From Candidatus Komeilibacteria bacterium (GTDB lineage Bacteria > Patescibacteriota > Patescibacteriia > UBA1558), in NCBI GenBank assembly GCA_048538235.1, contig JBLYPX010000001.1:594136-658135 (forward strand): 64,000 nucleotides of DNA, written 5' to 3'. Below are positions 17,816 to 28,141 of this stretch, piece after piece. The stretch's first letter is position 1, and each line of letters begins with the position of its first letter. The notes below the pieces were generated by a model. It made no database searches, was not told where the DNA came from, and saw only the letters and a list, made by a program, of their open reading frames with translations. Position numbers and translations under genes: made by a program.

Positions 17816-20800
17816 TCCTTGATAAAATTCATTTGCAGTATTACTACCTCTACCAATCCAAGCAGACTCATCTAACGTTGCTGGTGTATAACTATGAGCA
17901 AAATCCTCTATAAACTCACCGTTAACATAAAATGCTATTCTGTTAGATTCCCTTTTCATAATAATATGCTGCCAAGAAGTGGTCATATCATAAGTTGTTA
18001 AATGGGTTTGCCAAGTTGAGCCATCGCCTGTCCCGCCAGCTAATTTACCTGTATTACTCTGTATACCAAGATGTCCGTTACTTGATCCGAATTGTCCGAG
18101 ATAAACGAATCCCTGCCAATAATTATGAACAGGGTCTGTTGGCTTTACCCATAAAGCTATTGTAAAGTCATTACCGCCCAAACTTAATATACTATCTTGC
18201 CCAATATCTACGACATCGTCTGTTCTGTCAAAGCTTAAACACCCTCCCTGTTTACAAAGTGAAGTATCAGTCACCCAAGTAGGACCACCGCTAAACGTTC
18301 CATTATTACTGTTCCCAGAACTATCGCAAGCATCTTTTCCATCTGAGCATAAATTATCTGCACCCTCTCCCAATCTCCACCAACCAACTGGTTGACCACC
18401 ATTATAATTAAAAGACACCTCAGCCTGCGTTAAAGCTCTATTATATATTTTTACTTCATCTATGATCCCATCAAATTCATAATCAGTATCTGTTCTATAA
18501 AGCCCTATAACAATATCGCTCGTATCGCTATTACAATTTCCATCTGTTAAATTAGTACCACTTGTTGAATCTAACTTACCGTTAACATACAATTCATCAT
18601 CTGCTGATTCTTTATAAATACCAACCACATGATACCAATTGCCAGCAACCAAACTTGTTGTCCCGTCAAAATTACTACAACTATGGCTGCCAAAATTTAA
18701 TTTATTCTCTTGTAAATTCAAACCCCAACCATTATCTGAATACTTTCCCATAATCCCATGCCTATAACCAGATACTGAATTAGGTTTTATCCAAGCTTCT
18801 AATGTATAATCTCCAGCAAAATCAAAAACCGTATTAGCAGGAATAATTACCCAGTCATTTGTGGTGTCTATATTTAAACACCTACCTTCTTTACAATTAA
18901 CTGAAGTTTCCCATATTGGATCACTGCTAATTGAACTAGTATTATGCCCATTACCACTTCTATCTAAATATGACCCGCCAACAAATTTATCAAAATCCAT
19001 ATCTAAAATCGGGCCAGTACTAATAGTACTTCCTAATCCTCCCATCCACCAATTAGTAGTAGAGCCACTTGATGCTGTGCATTCAAAATTGGGGTTAGTA
19101 TAACCATAATACCCCCAGTTATCTTCGGAACTTACAGACCCTGCATCAGAGTCAAGCGAACCAGCACCGCAAGCTAAATTATTAACACTTGAATCTAAGT
19201 GAGTGTGTACACTACCAGAAGGATAACCCCACCACTTTGCCTGACAATTCTGACAACTATATCCACGCACATTTACATCCACCATAACCCTACAACTATT
19301 GGTGGTAGTAAAGGCCATAATATCTGTATCTGATTTATTAGATATGGCATAATCTGTGGTTGGGTCTTGATTCATTTCACAAGTTGACCTCCACTGAGTA
19401 GAAACACTATTAAGATTATCCATCCTAGATTTAGATAGTCTGTAGTTATCTATCTGTGTCGGATCATCACTATTTATTGGTACGTCACTCTGGTAAGAAA
19501 TAAAACTAGCTTTATTAGCCAATGAAAATGATTCAATTAAAGTCCATCCTCCACCATTAGTAGTCATGTCGCAAAACACTTTAAAAGAATCGCTTAAAGA
19601 GCCGCCCGTAGGGTCTATATAGTAATAGCCATCACCAGCCTTAGGATTCTTAGACAATATATCTGCACAAGAAGCACCTGGCGTTGTTTTATCACCTACA
19701 GAATTAGTTGTACCAAATTGCCCCGAAGACTTTGTATACTCTTCCATTAAATCATCATAGGTTAATGCATAATTAAACATTTTAACCTCGTCAATTTTAC
19801 CATTAAATGTATTTCCAGCTCCCCCTTGGTAACCGCCTACTCCAAAATTATACCCATTAGAAATACTACCAAGATTTGTAATATCCTCAGTATCTACAGC
19901 TACCATATCTTCATACAATGTCATGATGCCTGTATCTCTATCTAAAATAACAGCTACATGATGCCATTTGCCATCAATTAATGACTCGTCTCCATCATAA
20001 ACTTTAAAAGGAGAACCAGCTCCATCATTTACAAAAAAACCGAAACTACTTGAATACCCAGAATAAGAGGCGGTTAGCCAATAACCTACAGTATCACCAA
20101 TTGTTACATCATTGCTTTTATCTACCACCGTACCCCTAGCAGTTGTACCAACATCTATGCTAGCCCAAGCAGAAATTGTTAAACTACCAGAACCAAAATC
20201 TAAATCATTTCCAGAACTGGCTTCTGAAATTATAATAGTGTCATCATTATTAAAATCCAAACAGCTACCACTTATACAATGCTCTGATGGCATCCAAGAA
20301 GCTGCTATTATAGTTCCATTATTGCTTAAAAAAGAATCGTCATAAGCAATAGAACCAGCTGCACCATCTAGACTTAAAGACAATATAGGATATTGTTTTC
20401 CACCACCCGTTTCCATCGCAATCTCACGATCAGAAAGTACTCTGTTATATACCTTTATTTCATCTAGGTAACCATTAATTGTTGCGGTTGGTCCATTGTT
20501 TTGCCCTCCAATCATTACATTGGTTGAACCATTAGTGACTATGCCATTATATGCATCTGTTGTACTTTGATATTTACCGTTTACATAAAACTTAATTAAA
20601 TCTCCATCATAGGTGGCTGCTAAATGATACCACTGACCAGCCTGCAAACCAGCACCCGATGAATAATACGCCCTATAACCACTAAAACCCTCATTAAAAG
20701 CAAGGTGTATTTCATCGCTATCTCCAGTATACTGACCAAACCACCATTCCATTGTGCCACTATTATTCCATTTTGTAATCATTGCATTTGTGTCTAAATC

Positions 20801-23800
20801 GTTCATATATATCCAGCCCATCCAAGTGCCTCTGTCCGACACCAAATCATAATCTCCTAAAATCATATAATCACCCCCATCAAAAGAGTAACATTTACCA
20901 ACTTTACAATTAACAGCTGGCTTAGAAGTAGCTCCTGTTACTGTCGCATTATACTCATTGCCAGATCTATCATAGGTAGTAGTTCCAGAAACGTTATCGA
21001 AATCTAAATCTAAAACTGGATCTCCTTTATAGGCATTAACATCTACACTACCCTTCAACCTGTGTGCATCTAATCTAATTCTACCCTCACCGCCATCTCC
21101 ACCATAATGATTTGAACCGTCTGCACTAGCACCACCGGCTACAGACAAACTATTAGATTCAACATCTAATAGTGAAGCTCTTAATAATATCGCTCCACCT
21201 GAACCACCGCCAGCGCCCCACAGACCATCATCATTGGCATAAAAGAAAGCATCCTGACCATCAGCATTAATAGCTCCATCTATTTTAATACTATCTGCCT
21301 CAATATACACCATGCCACCACCAGAGCCACCATGTGGTTTACCGCCATTACAATGCCCGCCGCCGCCGCCTGAACCTGGATATATTTTATTTATTGGATT
21401 ATCTCCATACAATTCACCAGGAAGTGAAGGCTTAGATGCGTCATACACTTGAGCAGCCTGACCAGATGTTCTATAACTACCACCCGAACCGTTAACATAA
21501 GTTGTACCGCCACCATCTTTAGTTACTGGTACCGCACCGCTATAGAATCCCTGCACGCCACGGCCAGTATATCCTTCTCCGCACTCACCATCGCATGATG
21601 GATCAGAATATCCATCAGTACCGTTATTTCTACCACCCCTATAACCATCACCTTCTACATCTATGCTTCCTCCAGATTTAATTTCAACCTCACCTGTAGA
21701 TCTGAAAATAACAATTCCACCTTTATACCCATCCCATGTAGTAGCCGTAATAGATCCTCCACTCTCTACACTAACACTTGTATATTGGGGTATACGTATC
21801 ATTTGAGCAGACTCAGCTGCTGTATTATTAAATGTTCCTGAATAGTATGAATTAGTTATAGCTTTGTTTAATGTAATATCATTACTAGAAACTGAGCTAA
21901 TCTTTGCAAATTCATATTGTCCAGACAACCCATTAGCTGAATCCTGCGTTTGCCATATCATAACCTCATCACCAGCTACAAAACCAGCACTACTACCAAC
22001 AGTAATAACAGTTTGACCAGCTGCTTCATTGGCTGCTAATTGAGAATACGTATTTACAACTGTATTTGCACTAGTAACAGTCAGAGCTCCGTCTGACCCA
22101 TCTCCTCCATTTACAGAGCCGGTATAGCTAGTCTCTACACCCATAGAAAAACTTGCAGCATTTGTATTATATAATTGAAGAACTTCGTCTTTTGACAAAG
22201 CACGATCATAGATCATAACCTCATCTATTCTGCCATCAAAATGACGGAAAGGCGTTTCACTCGAACCATTGTCATAATCTATACCAATTCCAACTGGCAT
22301 GGTGCTAATATGTAAAGAGCTAGGAATACTAGTAGAATTTGTATTAGCTAAAACACCATCTATATATAATTTAATAAAACTACCAGCATCATAAACACCC
22401 ACTATATGATGCCAAGTACCAGCAGTTGCTGCGCCATCTGCCGAGGAAACAGTTGAATATGAACTACCATTACCAGAAACTAAAAAGTCTATTCGACCTG
22501 TTGCCCACCAGTTAGCAAATAATAACCATGAAAAATTAGTTACACCCCCATCGCCCCACTTTGAAACAATTGTTGATTTATCATTATATACATCAAAATA
22601 TGCCCAAGCAGATACGGTCATATCACCAGTAATATTTAAAGCTTGACCATTGTTTATAGCTACATAATCAGTAGTACCATTAAAATCTAAAGCCCTACTA
22701 CTCACACCATTTTGCGACCAAACAGCGCCAGAAACTGTACCGTTATTACTATAGCCGGTACTATCATAGGCAGTCGTTCCGAATCCCTCATTAAAATTCC
22801 AATAACCGACAGGGCCTGGTGTGTTTTCCTCCGTTGTAGGTGCTGCTGCTACCGGCTCTGTCGCTGCAGTTTTTGCTACAAAATACCAATCGGTTACAGG
22901 ATAAGTTGTAGCTGAATCTGAGTCACCATGCAAAAAAGCATACAAATCACCAGAAATAGCTTCAGTCCAAGTTCTGTTATATGTGTCTCCATTTAAATTT
23001 CCTGTACCCGTAGCACTAAAAAACTTAGAAGTAATCACGGTCCAAGTGCCAGATAAATATGTTGTTCCGTTAACGGTTGGCGTGCTTACTGGATTACCCA
23101 AATCATACTCGTACACCCTATTATTCTGACCAGATTCATTATCTCCTGAATGATGCACCCAAGCGTGATCAACATTACTATCAAAAAACTGATTTGTACT
23201 TGCAGTACTTTGAAAACCAACAAAATCATCTATATCTGAAGCACTTCCAACTTTATATGCCCTATGTACAATCTTTAAATTGGGTAAATTAAAGGTTCTG
23301 TTTGTAACAAAACTTAAATTATTATTAGTAAACTTAACAACTGATTCTCCGTCATAAGTTGTCATAGTATATGCTCCTGTAGTATTAACAACCACATTCC
23401 ATTTCCCAGCATCAAAACTATCAAAATCATCAAAAAACTCAAAAGTATTATCTCCACTCTGTTCATCACTAGCACTCGCATTACCATAATACATATAGAT
23501 AGTAGTACCAGTTGTTGGAATAGAAGGTATTTTAATCCAAGCATTTACTGAAGATATAGTACTATCTTCTATCCAGTATGGTAAAACTCTATGATTTATG
23601 TCTGTAAAGCGTAAATCTGCTAAATTTGCTTGTAATTTAGAAGGAGATAAAGAGCTTAAATCTACATTTTGTAGTATTTCTACTTGAAAGTCTGTAAGTT
23701 CTCCTCCTGAGCCATTTGTTACTGTTATTGATTGTCTGTAGGACCATGTATCGTTCCACCAAGTAGCTTCTGCTGTTTGGGGTTTGTTTATCAGATAAAC

Positions 23801-23890
23801 TATGCCAATTACAATGATCAGAGCTATAGTTAGAACACTAACAGGATAGTACCATTGAATTTCTTTTATTTTCCTTAAAATTTTATGCAT
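17726..23890 (-). CDS. giant secreted surface protein (2054 aa), paralogue: signal peptide, DUF2341-like, LamG_3 repeats, glycine-rich region, one fibrinogen-related-domain-like module
   Basis: N-terminus MHKILRKIKEIQWYYPVSVLTIALIIVIGIVYLINKPQTAEA|TWWNDTWSYRQ, then DUF2341-like sequence identical to the two downstream paralogues. Gly-rich stretch GSGGGGGHCNGGKPHGGSGGGMVYIEADSIKIDGAINADG...GAGGGSGGAILL (21150-21950). FReD-like TPGASCADILSKNPKAGDGYYYIDPTGGSLSDSFKVFCDMTTNGGGWTL (19540-19700). Same C-terminal 27 aa as the ORFs at 6049 and 11973. Confidence 0.92.
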   Translation of the reverse strand: MHKILRKIKEIQWYYPVSVLTIALIIVIGIVYLINKPQTAEATWWNDTWSYRQSITVTNGSGGELTDFQVEILQNVDLSSLSPSKLQANLADLRFTDINHRVLPYWIEDSTISSVNAWIKIPSIPTTGTTIYMYYGNASASDEQSGDNTFEFFDDFDSFDAGKWNVVVNTTGAYTMTTYDGESVVKFTNNNLSFVTNRTFNLPNLKIVHRAYKVGSASDIDDFVGFQSTASTNQFFDSNVDHAWVHHSGDNESGQNNRVYEYDLGNPVSTPTVNGTTYLSGTWTVITSKFFSATGTGNLNGDTYNRTWTEAISGDLYAFLHGDSDSATTYPVTDWYFVAKTAATEPVAAAPTTEENTPGPVGYWNFNEGFGTTAYDSTGYSNNGTVSGAVWSQNGVSSRALDFNGTTDYVAINNGQALNITGDMTVSAWAYFDVYNDKSTIVSKWGDGGVTNFSWLLFANWWATGRIDFLVSGNGSSYSTVSSADGAATAGTWHHIVGVYDAGSFIKLYIDGVLANTNSTSIPSSLHISTMPVGIGIDYDNGSSETPFRHFDGRIDEVMIYDRALSKDEVLQLYNTNAASFSMGVETSYTGSVNGGDGSDGALTVTSANTVVNTYSQLAANEAAGQTVITVGSSAGFVAGDEVMIWQTQDSANGLSGQYEFAKISSVSSNDITLNKAITNSYYSGTFNNTAAESAQMIRIPQYTSVSVESGGSITATTWDGYKGGIVIFRSTGEVEIKSGGSIDVEGDGYRGGRNNGTDGYSDPSCDGECGEGYTGRGVQGFYSGAVPVTKDGGGTTYVNGSGGSYRTSGQAAQVYDASKPSLPGELYGDNPINKIYPGSGGGGGHCNGGKPHGGSGGGMVYIEADSIKIDGAINADGQDAFFYANDDGLWGAGGGSGGAILLRASLLDVESNSLSVAGGASADGSNHYGGDGGEGRIRLDAHRLKGSVDVNAYKGDPVLDLDFDNVSGTTTYDRSGNEYNATVTGATSKPAVNCKVGKCYSFDGGDYMILGDYDLVSDRGTWMGWIYMNDLDTNAMITKWNNSGTMEWWFGQYTGDSDEIHLAFNEGFSGYRAYYSSGAGLQAGQWYHLAATYDGDLIKFYVNGKYQSTTDAYNGIVTNGSTNVMIGGQNNGPTATINGYLDEIKVYNRVLSDREIAMETGGGKQYPILSLSLDGAAGSIAYDDSFLSNNGTIIAASWMPSEHCISGSCLDFNNDDTIIISEASSGNDLDFGSGSLTISAWASIDVGTTARGTVVDKSNDVTIGDTVGYWLTASYSGYSSSFGFFVNDGAGSPFKVYDGDESLIDGKWHHVAVILDRDTGIMTLYEDMVAVDTEDITNLGSISNGYNFGVGGYQGGAGNTFNGKIDEVKMFNYALTYDDLMEEYTKSSGQFGTTNSVGDKTTPGASCADILSKNPKAGDGYYYIDPTGGSLSDSFKVFCDMTTNGGGWTLIESFSLANKASFISYQSDVPINSDDPTQIDNYRLSKSRMDNLNSVSTQWRSTCEMNQDPTTDYAISNKSDTDIMAFTTTNSCRVMVDVNVRGYSCQNCQAKWWGYPSGSVHTHLDSSVNNLACGAGSLDSDAGSVSSEDNWGYYGYTNPNFECTASSGSTTNWWMGGLGSTISTGPILDMDFDKFVGGSYLDRSGNGHNTSSISSDPIWETSVNCKEGRCLNIDTTNDWVIIPANTVFDFAGDYTLEAWIKPNSVSGYRHGIMGKYSDNGWGLNLQENKLNFGSHSCSNFDGTTSLVAGNWYHVVGIYKESADDELYVNGKLDSTSGTNLTDGNCNSDTSDIVIGLYRTDTDYEFDGIIDEVKIYNRALTQAEVSFNYNGGQPVGWWRLGEGADNLCSDGKDACDSSGNSNNGTFSGGPTWVTDTSLCKQGGCLSFDRTDDVVDIGQDSILSLGGNDFTIALWVKPTDPVHNYWQGFVYLGQFGSSNGHLGIQSNTGKLAGGTGDGSTWQTHLTTYDMTTSWQHIIMKRESNRIAFYVNGEFIEDFAHSYTPATLDESAWIGRGSNTANEFYQGLMDDIRIYNYALTDKQVKEVYNQGLIHFK
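23480..23770. repeat. third (partial) copy of the DUF2341-encoding repeat (5' region of ORF 17726-23890)
   Basis: Near-identical to 11575-11865 and 17328-17618. It diverges at the signal-peptide-coding end. Confidence 0.8.
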
Positions 23891-23975
23891 TTATATAATA
23901 AAAAAGCCACGTCAAAAAAACCTTTAACATGGCCCTCTATTTTTAATTTTACGTTGTATATTATAACAGAAAAAT
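23891..23975 (-). promoter_or_regulatory. second copy of the conserved upstream cassette: TATAAT (plus 23960-23965, minus strand) followed by leader hairpin (arms 23906-23916 / 23923-23933) and U6 tract (plus A-run 23900-23905) ending 9 nt before the ATG at 23890
   Basis: Direct reading. About 87% identical to 5913-5996. The hairpin arms are kept complementary via G-U wobbles. Confidence 0.4.
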
Positions 23976-23989
23976 ATGATTTTGTGTAA

Positions 23990-24014
23990 TAAAAAACTAT
24001 TCACAATGAATAGT
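23990..24014 (-). terminator. Rho-independent terminator candidate for the operon ending at 24035
   Basis: 8-bp stem actattca / tgaatagt (plus 23996-24003 and 24007-24014) with loop caa. On the minus strand it is followed by T5-6 (plus A-run 23991-23995). It starts 20 nt downstream of the TAA (24037-24035) of ORF 24035-28141. Confidence 0.55.
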
Positions 24015-24034
24015 TAAAATTTAGGTTTTTTTAT

Positions 24035-27000
24035 TTACCTTCCCTGGTTGTATAAACTGGTTACTTCGTCAGCAGACAAAGCTCTATTAAAAATCTTAGC
24101 ATTTGCAATGTCTCCTTCAAATAATGCCATACTGCCACTATATTGTCTTGCTCCAATCCATATGTTTAAAGATGATGCGTCGTCACTAAATGCCATTGTT
24201 TTATCATCATTCATATATACTCCATCTTTATAATATTTAATAGTAGTACCATCATAGGTAGCAACTAAATTATACCAAGTATTAGCCGACAGCGAATCAC
24301 TTATTAAAAAGGAATTAGCGCCCCCATTAACTCCGCTACCCAAAAAACCATACAATCCCCAAGCCGATGTACTGGCTGAAAAATGAAAATCTCCAACAGA
24401 TGAAGAAGACCATGTAGAATTTAGTCTACCAAAAATAATACCATCAAAACTTGAATCACCATTTATCCAAGCAGATAATGTAAATGTATCTTCAATATTA
24501 TCCTTACTAGTAACAATATAGTTACTACTACCATTGAAAGTTGAATAATTTTCACCAACCGTTGCTCCATACACAACACCATGATTAGCATATGGAGTTG
24601 TATCTGCTGTATTTACCTCTTGAATTTTCCAATCATCAATCCAAAATATTGCATCCCCTAAACTACCAGAATTGTATCTGATGCCGCCAAAAATATAATT
24701 ACTACCATTAGCAACAAATGAATAATTAACATGCTGCCATTCAGTTGTAGCATTAAGAACAGAAGACACCGCACTAGTACCATCCAGCCCGCCCGCTGTA
24801 TTAATTCTAAAACTTGTACTCTTGCTACTATCTATTTTTACCCACATAGACGCCCTATATGTCTTACCTTCTGTTAACGCTGCAAATGAATCTCTAATAC
24901 TAGGATAATTACTAGTACCGGCAGTTACAACAGATTTTAGACTATATGACCCATTTTTATACACCGTGTCATCTCTGGTCTGCACAGTTGAAGACCCACT
25001 ATAGTCAAATTTGCCCCAGCCCTCTGTACCTGCTTCAAAAGTATCGCTTTCAATTACTGCACCCAATTTTTCATCTTTACTCTTTAAACTCCAACTGCCT
25101 ACTAAACCCTTATACAAACTACCTGCTGTTATTTTAGGCTGGTACGATTCATACAATCCTTGAATCTCTGCTTTAGATAAAGCTCTGTCATAAATACGAA
25201 CATCTTGAATTGAGCCGTTCCAATTATATGTAGTACTTCCATCACCCGCACGTCTTGTGCCAATCATAAACGGCTCAGATGAGTTAGTAGCCGTAATTGG
25301 TGTAGTATCTGAACCAACTAATACGCCATCTAAATACAAATACGCTGTAGCGCCATCGTGCATAGCTAGCAAATGATGCCAGGAAGTAGTGTCTGTAATA
25401 GATGTGTCTGAGGTGATAGAGGTTCCCCAACTACTTCCATCACTTGACATGTATAAACCTGGCAGGTCTGTATTTTCTATTATTAGCGCAAAATTTTCAT
25501 AACCAGAAGTATTATCATAACGTTTAGCCATAATAGCTCCTCTATTACCAGTTCCCACAGCTCCACGCTTAATAAAAGCACTAACCGTAAACTCACTATT
25601 TAAATCTAAATTATTATCATCTGGTACCAAAATATAATCTTCGCTGCCATCAAAACTCATCGCTCCGTTTGATTGACCCTTTCTATCTGTTGTATATGAA
25701 ACTCCATAAATAGAACCATTATTACCCGCTGGCGTTGAATCACCAACCAAGACCTCTCTTACAAAACCATCATCGACATACACAGAACGAGGTATGCTGG
25801 TCCCTGGTTTATATGCATATATTAAGCCTGCTGATGCAGAAGTTGTATTAGCAGTAAATTGTCTTGTCCATTGATACCATCCATCTCCAAGCGAAGTAAT
25901 TTCTATAGAACTATAATCTGTACCACGTTCTGTAGAACCACCCGTTTTAAAACCGAAAATTGAAAACGCAGACGAAGAGCTGTAGTCAAAATCATTGTTA
26001 GCGTCAGCCTTAAATTTCATACTCATCACATATCTTTTACCAGCAGTTGTAGCAACATAGCTAGTCTCAATAACACCATGAGATGTATTATCCCAGTCAT
26101 ATTTAAGACCTCCTCCATTCCATCCATAACTTGCATCCCAAGTTCTAGTCATTTGAAATGATGACCAACTTGAACCGCTAGAATCCAAGTTTGGATTTAC
26201 TGTTAAATCTACCCCTACATTCTCACCTTCTTGATTTAACTCCCAGTGACCAACCAAGCCTTTCGACCTGGTGCTAACTTGTGTAACAGCTCTACCTTCG
26301 CGTCCCTTATCATATAAAGAATACACATCATCTTGTGATATTACTCTATTATATACACGTAAATCACTTATATACCCAGGAAAGTTATCTCCGTAAGCTA
26401 TATCTGAACCAATTGTCATTGTATCTGCTGAAATCCTAAATGTATCATTTGAAAATGTAGTCGAACTAAATGCCCCGCCATCTAAAGACAAATCTACACT
26501 AGTATTGGTAAATCTTGCTACCCAGAAATGCCAACCCGTGTCTGGAACTGCCATTGCCCTAGATTGCAAACTACTACTAGTATAATAATTATATGCTGTC
26601 ATAGTGCCCGTATCTATTCTAATAATATATCCCGTAGCACCCAAACTATTATCTACAATGTATTTAGCGCTGGCAGTTGTAATATCATTTGCTTTAGCCC
26701 AAAAAGCAAAAGATAAAACATCTTCGTCTGTACCATCAAAAGAAGTATCTATATAATCATTTGTGCCATCAAAATATCCTGCCTCACCAATTAAAGTCGC
26801 ACCAGTTACAGTACCGTGATTATTATTGCCAGAAATATCCTTACTACCATTATCTAATTTCCAATGACCAATTGGACTACCAACATCTTTTCCATTGTAC
26901 AAATCAGATATCTGATCAGCTGTCAAAATATAATTATATAATCTTACATCAGCTATATTACCACGAAAAGAGTTACTAGACACTAACCCGCCACCATTAC

Positions 27001-28141
27001 CAATAATAAAATTACCACTATCTAACGATTGAGTGCCAATACTTGAGTTTGTATTATACAAAACTCCATTTCTGTATGCTTTCTTATAATCTCCTTTCTT
27101 AATTTGTAAAACTACATGCTGATATTCAGTAGGAACTACTGACCACAATGACCAGGTATCATTAGCATGATAAAAATACCAAAAACCACTAGAATAATGT
27201 GAAAAAGAAAAACCTGTTAAACAATTATTGTCTGCATTTCCAACAGCAATCTCATGCCCAGAGGCTGATGCTTCTGGTTTTACCCAAAAACTAAGAGTCA
27301 TCTCACCAGCAGCATCTAATGAGATATTACCAGTGTCTATATATTCTCCATTAGCATCAAAAGAATAGCCATGATTACGAACATCTGCTCCGTGTATATC
27401 TCCGTTATTATTATTTGGTGAATTATCTGCTGCCCTATCATATCTGGTACCATTTACAAAGGGTGTAATATGATCTTTTAATTCAACCTGAAGACCAGTA
27501 TAATAAATTTTAAAACCCACCGCCGCATTATAAAAATAACTTCGGATATTGTGATCGCCAGTTGTTGTTGGTGTAAAAGTTCTTGATATTCTAGTCCATT
27601 CAGTTGTTACGCTCATAGTTGAGCTAGACTGATTCCCAGAAGCTCCTATTAAATATAGCATATTAGAAGATGAATCATTTGCATTAGCTTTTACATATAC
27701 CGATATGACATATGTCTGACCCGCTGTTAAAGTAAGTGTATTATTACCACCACCTGAAATTTGATACTGCCCACCTTCCATATGAGGACTAACTGTGTAG
27801 CTTAATAATTCTTCTGTAAAAGCTTTTACAACAGTCCCTTCTGGCCCCGTTACATTTTCAATTTTTAATCTAGTTGTAGAGCCCCAACCGCCATTTACTG
27901 CATCATAGTAATTACCAACTGTACCATCAGAATAATATGGATGAGGAGCTAGATTGACTGTAGCTTCTGCTCCACCACCAGAACCATCTAGCGGCCAGTA
28001 ACCAACTAATCCCTTATTTATATTGCCTGCAGTAAAAACTCCTCCCCCTGAAACAGCTGCACCAATCCCAACAATAAAACCGATAACTATTAGAGCTACT
28101 ATGATTGAAACTATTAAATTATCTCTTATTTTTTTAAACAT
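24035..28141 (-). CDS. secreted multi-lectin protein (1368 aa): N-terminal signal/anchor, alternating CBM4/9-like carbohydrate-binding modules and LamG_3 domains
   Basis: N-terminus MFKKIRDNLIVSIIVALIVIGFIVGIGAAVSG. CBM4/9-like segments (e.g. ...LTLTAGQTYVISVYVKANAND...; VIESDTFEAGTEGWGKFDYSGSS...LTEGKTYRASMWVKIDSS...FWIDDWKIQEV at ~24660-25110). LamG_3 units starting KGLVGYWPLD / KGLVGHWELN / KGLVGSWSLK and ending ADVRLYNYILTADQISDLYN, SDLRVYNRVISQDDVYSLYD, IQDVRIYDRALSKAEIQGLYE. The start codon overlaps the stop of the upstream ORF (TAATG at 28143-28139). Confidence 0.9.
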   Translation of the reverse strand: MFKKIRDNLIVSIIVALIVIGFIVGIGAAVSGGGVFTAGNINKGLVGYWPLDGSGGGAEATVNLAPHPYYSDGTVGNYYDAVNGGWGSTTRLKIENVTGPEGTVVKAFTEELLSYTVSPHMEGGQYQISGGGNNTLTLTAGQTYVISVYVKANANDSSSNMLYLIGASGNQSSSTMSVTTEWTRISRTFTPTTTGDHNIRSYFYNAAVGFKIYYTGLQVELKDHITPFVNGTRYDRAADNSPNNNNGDIHGADVRNHGYSFDANGEYIDTGNISLDAAGEMTLSFWVKPEASASGHEIAVGNADNNCLTGFSFSHYSSGFWYFYHANDTWSLWSVVPTEYQHVVLQIKKGDYKKAYRNGVLYNTNSSIGTQSLDSGNFIIGNGGGLVSSNSFRGNIADVRLYNYILTADQISDLYNGKDVGSPIGHWKLDNGSKDISGNNNHGTVTGATLIGEAGYFDGTNDYIDTSFDGTDEDVLSFAFWAKANDITTASAKYIVDNSLGATGYIIRIDTGTMTAYNYYTSSSLQSRAMAVPDTGWHFWVARFTNTSVDLSLDGGAFSSTTFSNDTFRISADTMTIGSDIAYGDNFPGYISDLRVYNRVISQDDVYSLYDKGREGRAVTQVSTRSKGLVGHWELNQEGENVGVDLTVNPNLDSSGSSWSSFQMTRTWDASYGWNGGGLKYDWDNTSHGVIETSYVATTAGKRYVMSMKFKADANNDFDYSSSSAFSIFGFKTGGSTERGTDYSSIEITSLGDGWYQWTRQFTANTTSASAGLIYAYKPGTSIPRSVYVDDGFVREVLVGDSTPAGNNGSIYGVSYTTDRKGQSNGAMSFDGSEDYILVPDDNNLDLNSEFTVSAFIKRGAVGTGNRGAIMAKRYDNTSGYENFALIIENTDLPGLYMSSDGSSWGTSITSDTSITDTTSWHHLLAMHDGATAYLYLDGVLVGSDTTPITATNSSEPFMIGTRRAGDGSTTYNWNGSIQDVRIYDRALSKAEIQGLYESYQPKITAGSLYKGLVGSWSLKSKDEKLGAVIESDTFEAGTEGWGKFDYSGSSTVQTRDDTVYKNGSYSLKSVVTAGTSNYPSIRDSFAALTEGKTYRASMWVKIDSSKSTSFRINTAGGLDGTSAVSSVLNATTEWQHVNYSFVANGSNYIFGGIRYNSGSLGDAIFWIDDWKIQEVNTADTTPYANHGVVYGATVGENYSTFNGSSNYIVTSKDNIEDTFTLSAWINGDSSFDGIIFGRLNSTWSSSSVGDFHFSASTSAWGLYGFLGSGVNGGANSFLISDSLSANTWYNLVATYDGTTIKYYKDGVYMNDDKTMAFSDDASSLNIWIGARQYSGSMALFEGDIANAKIFNRALSADEVTSLYNQGR

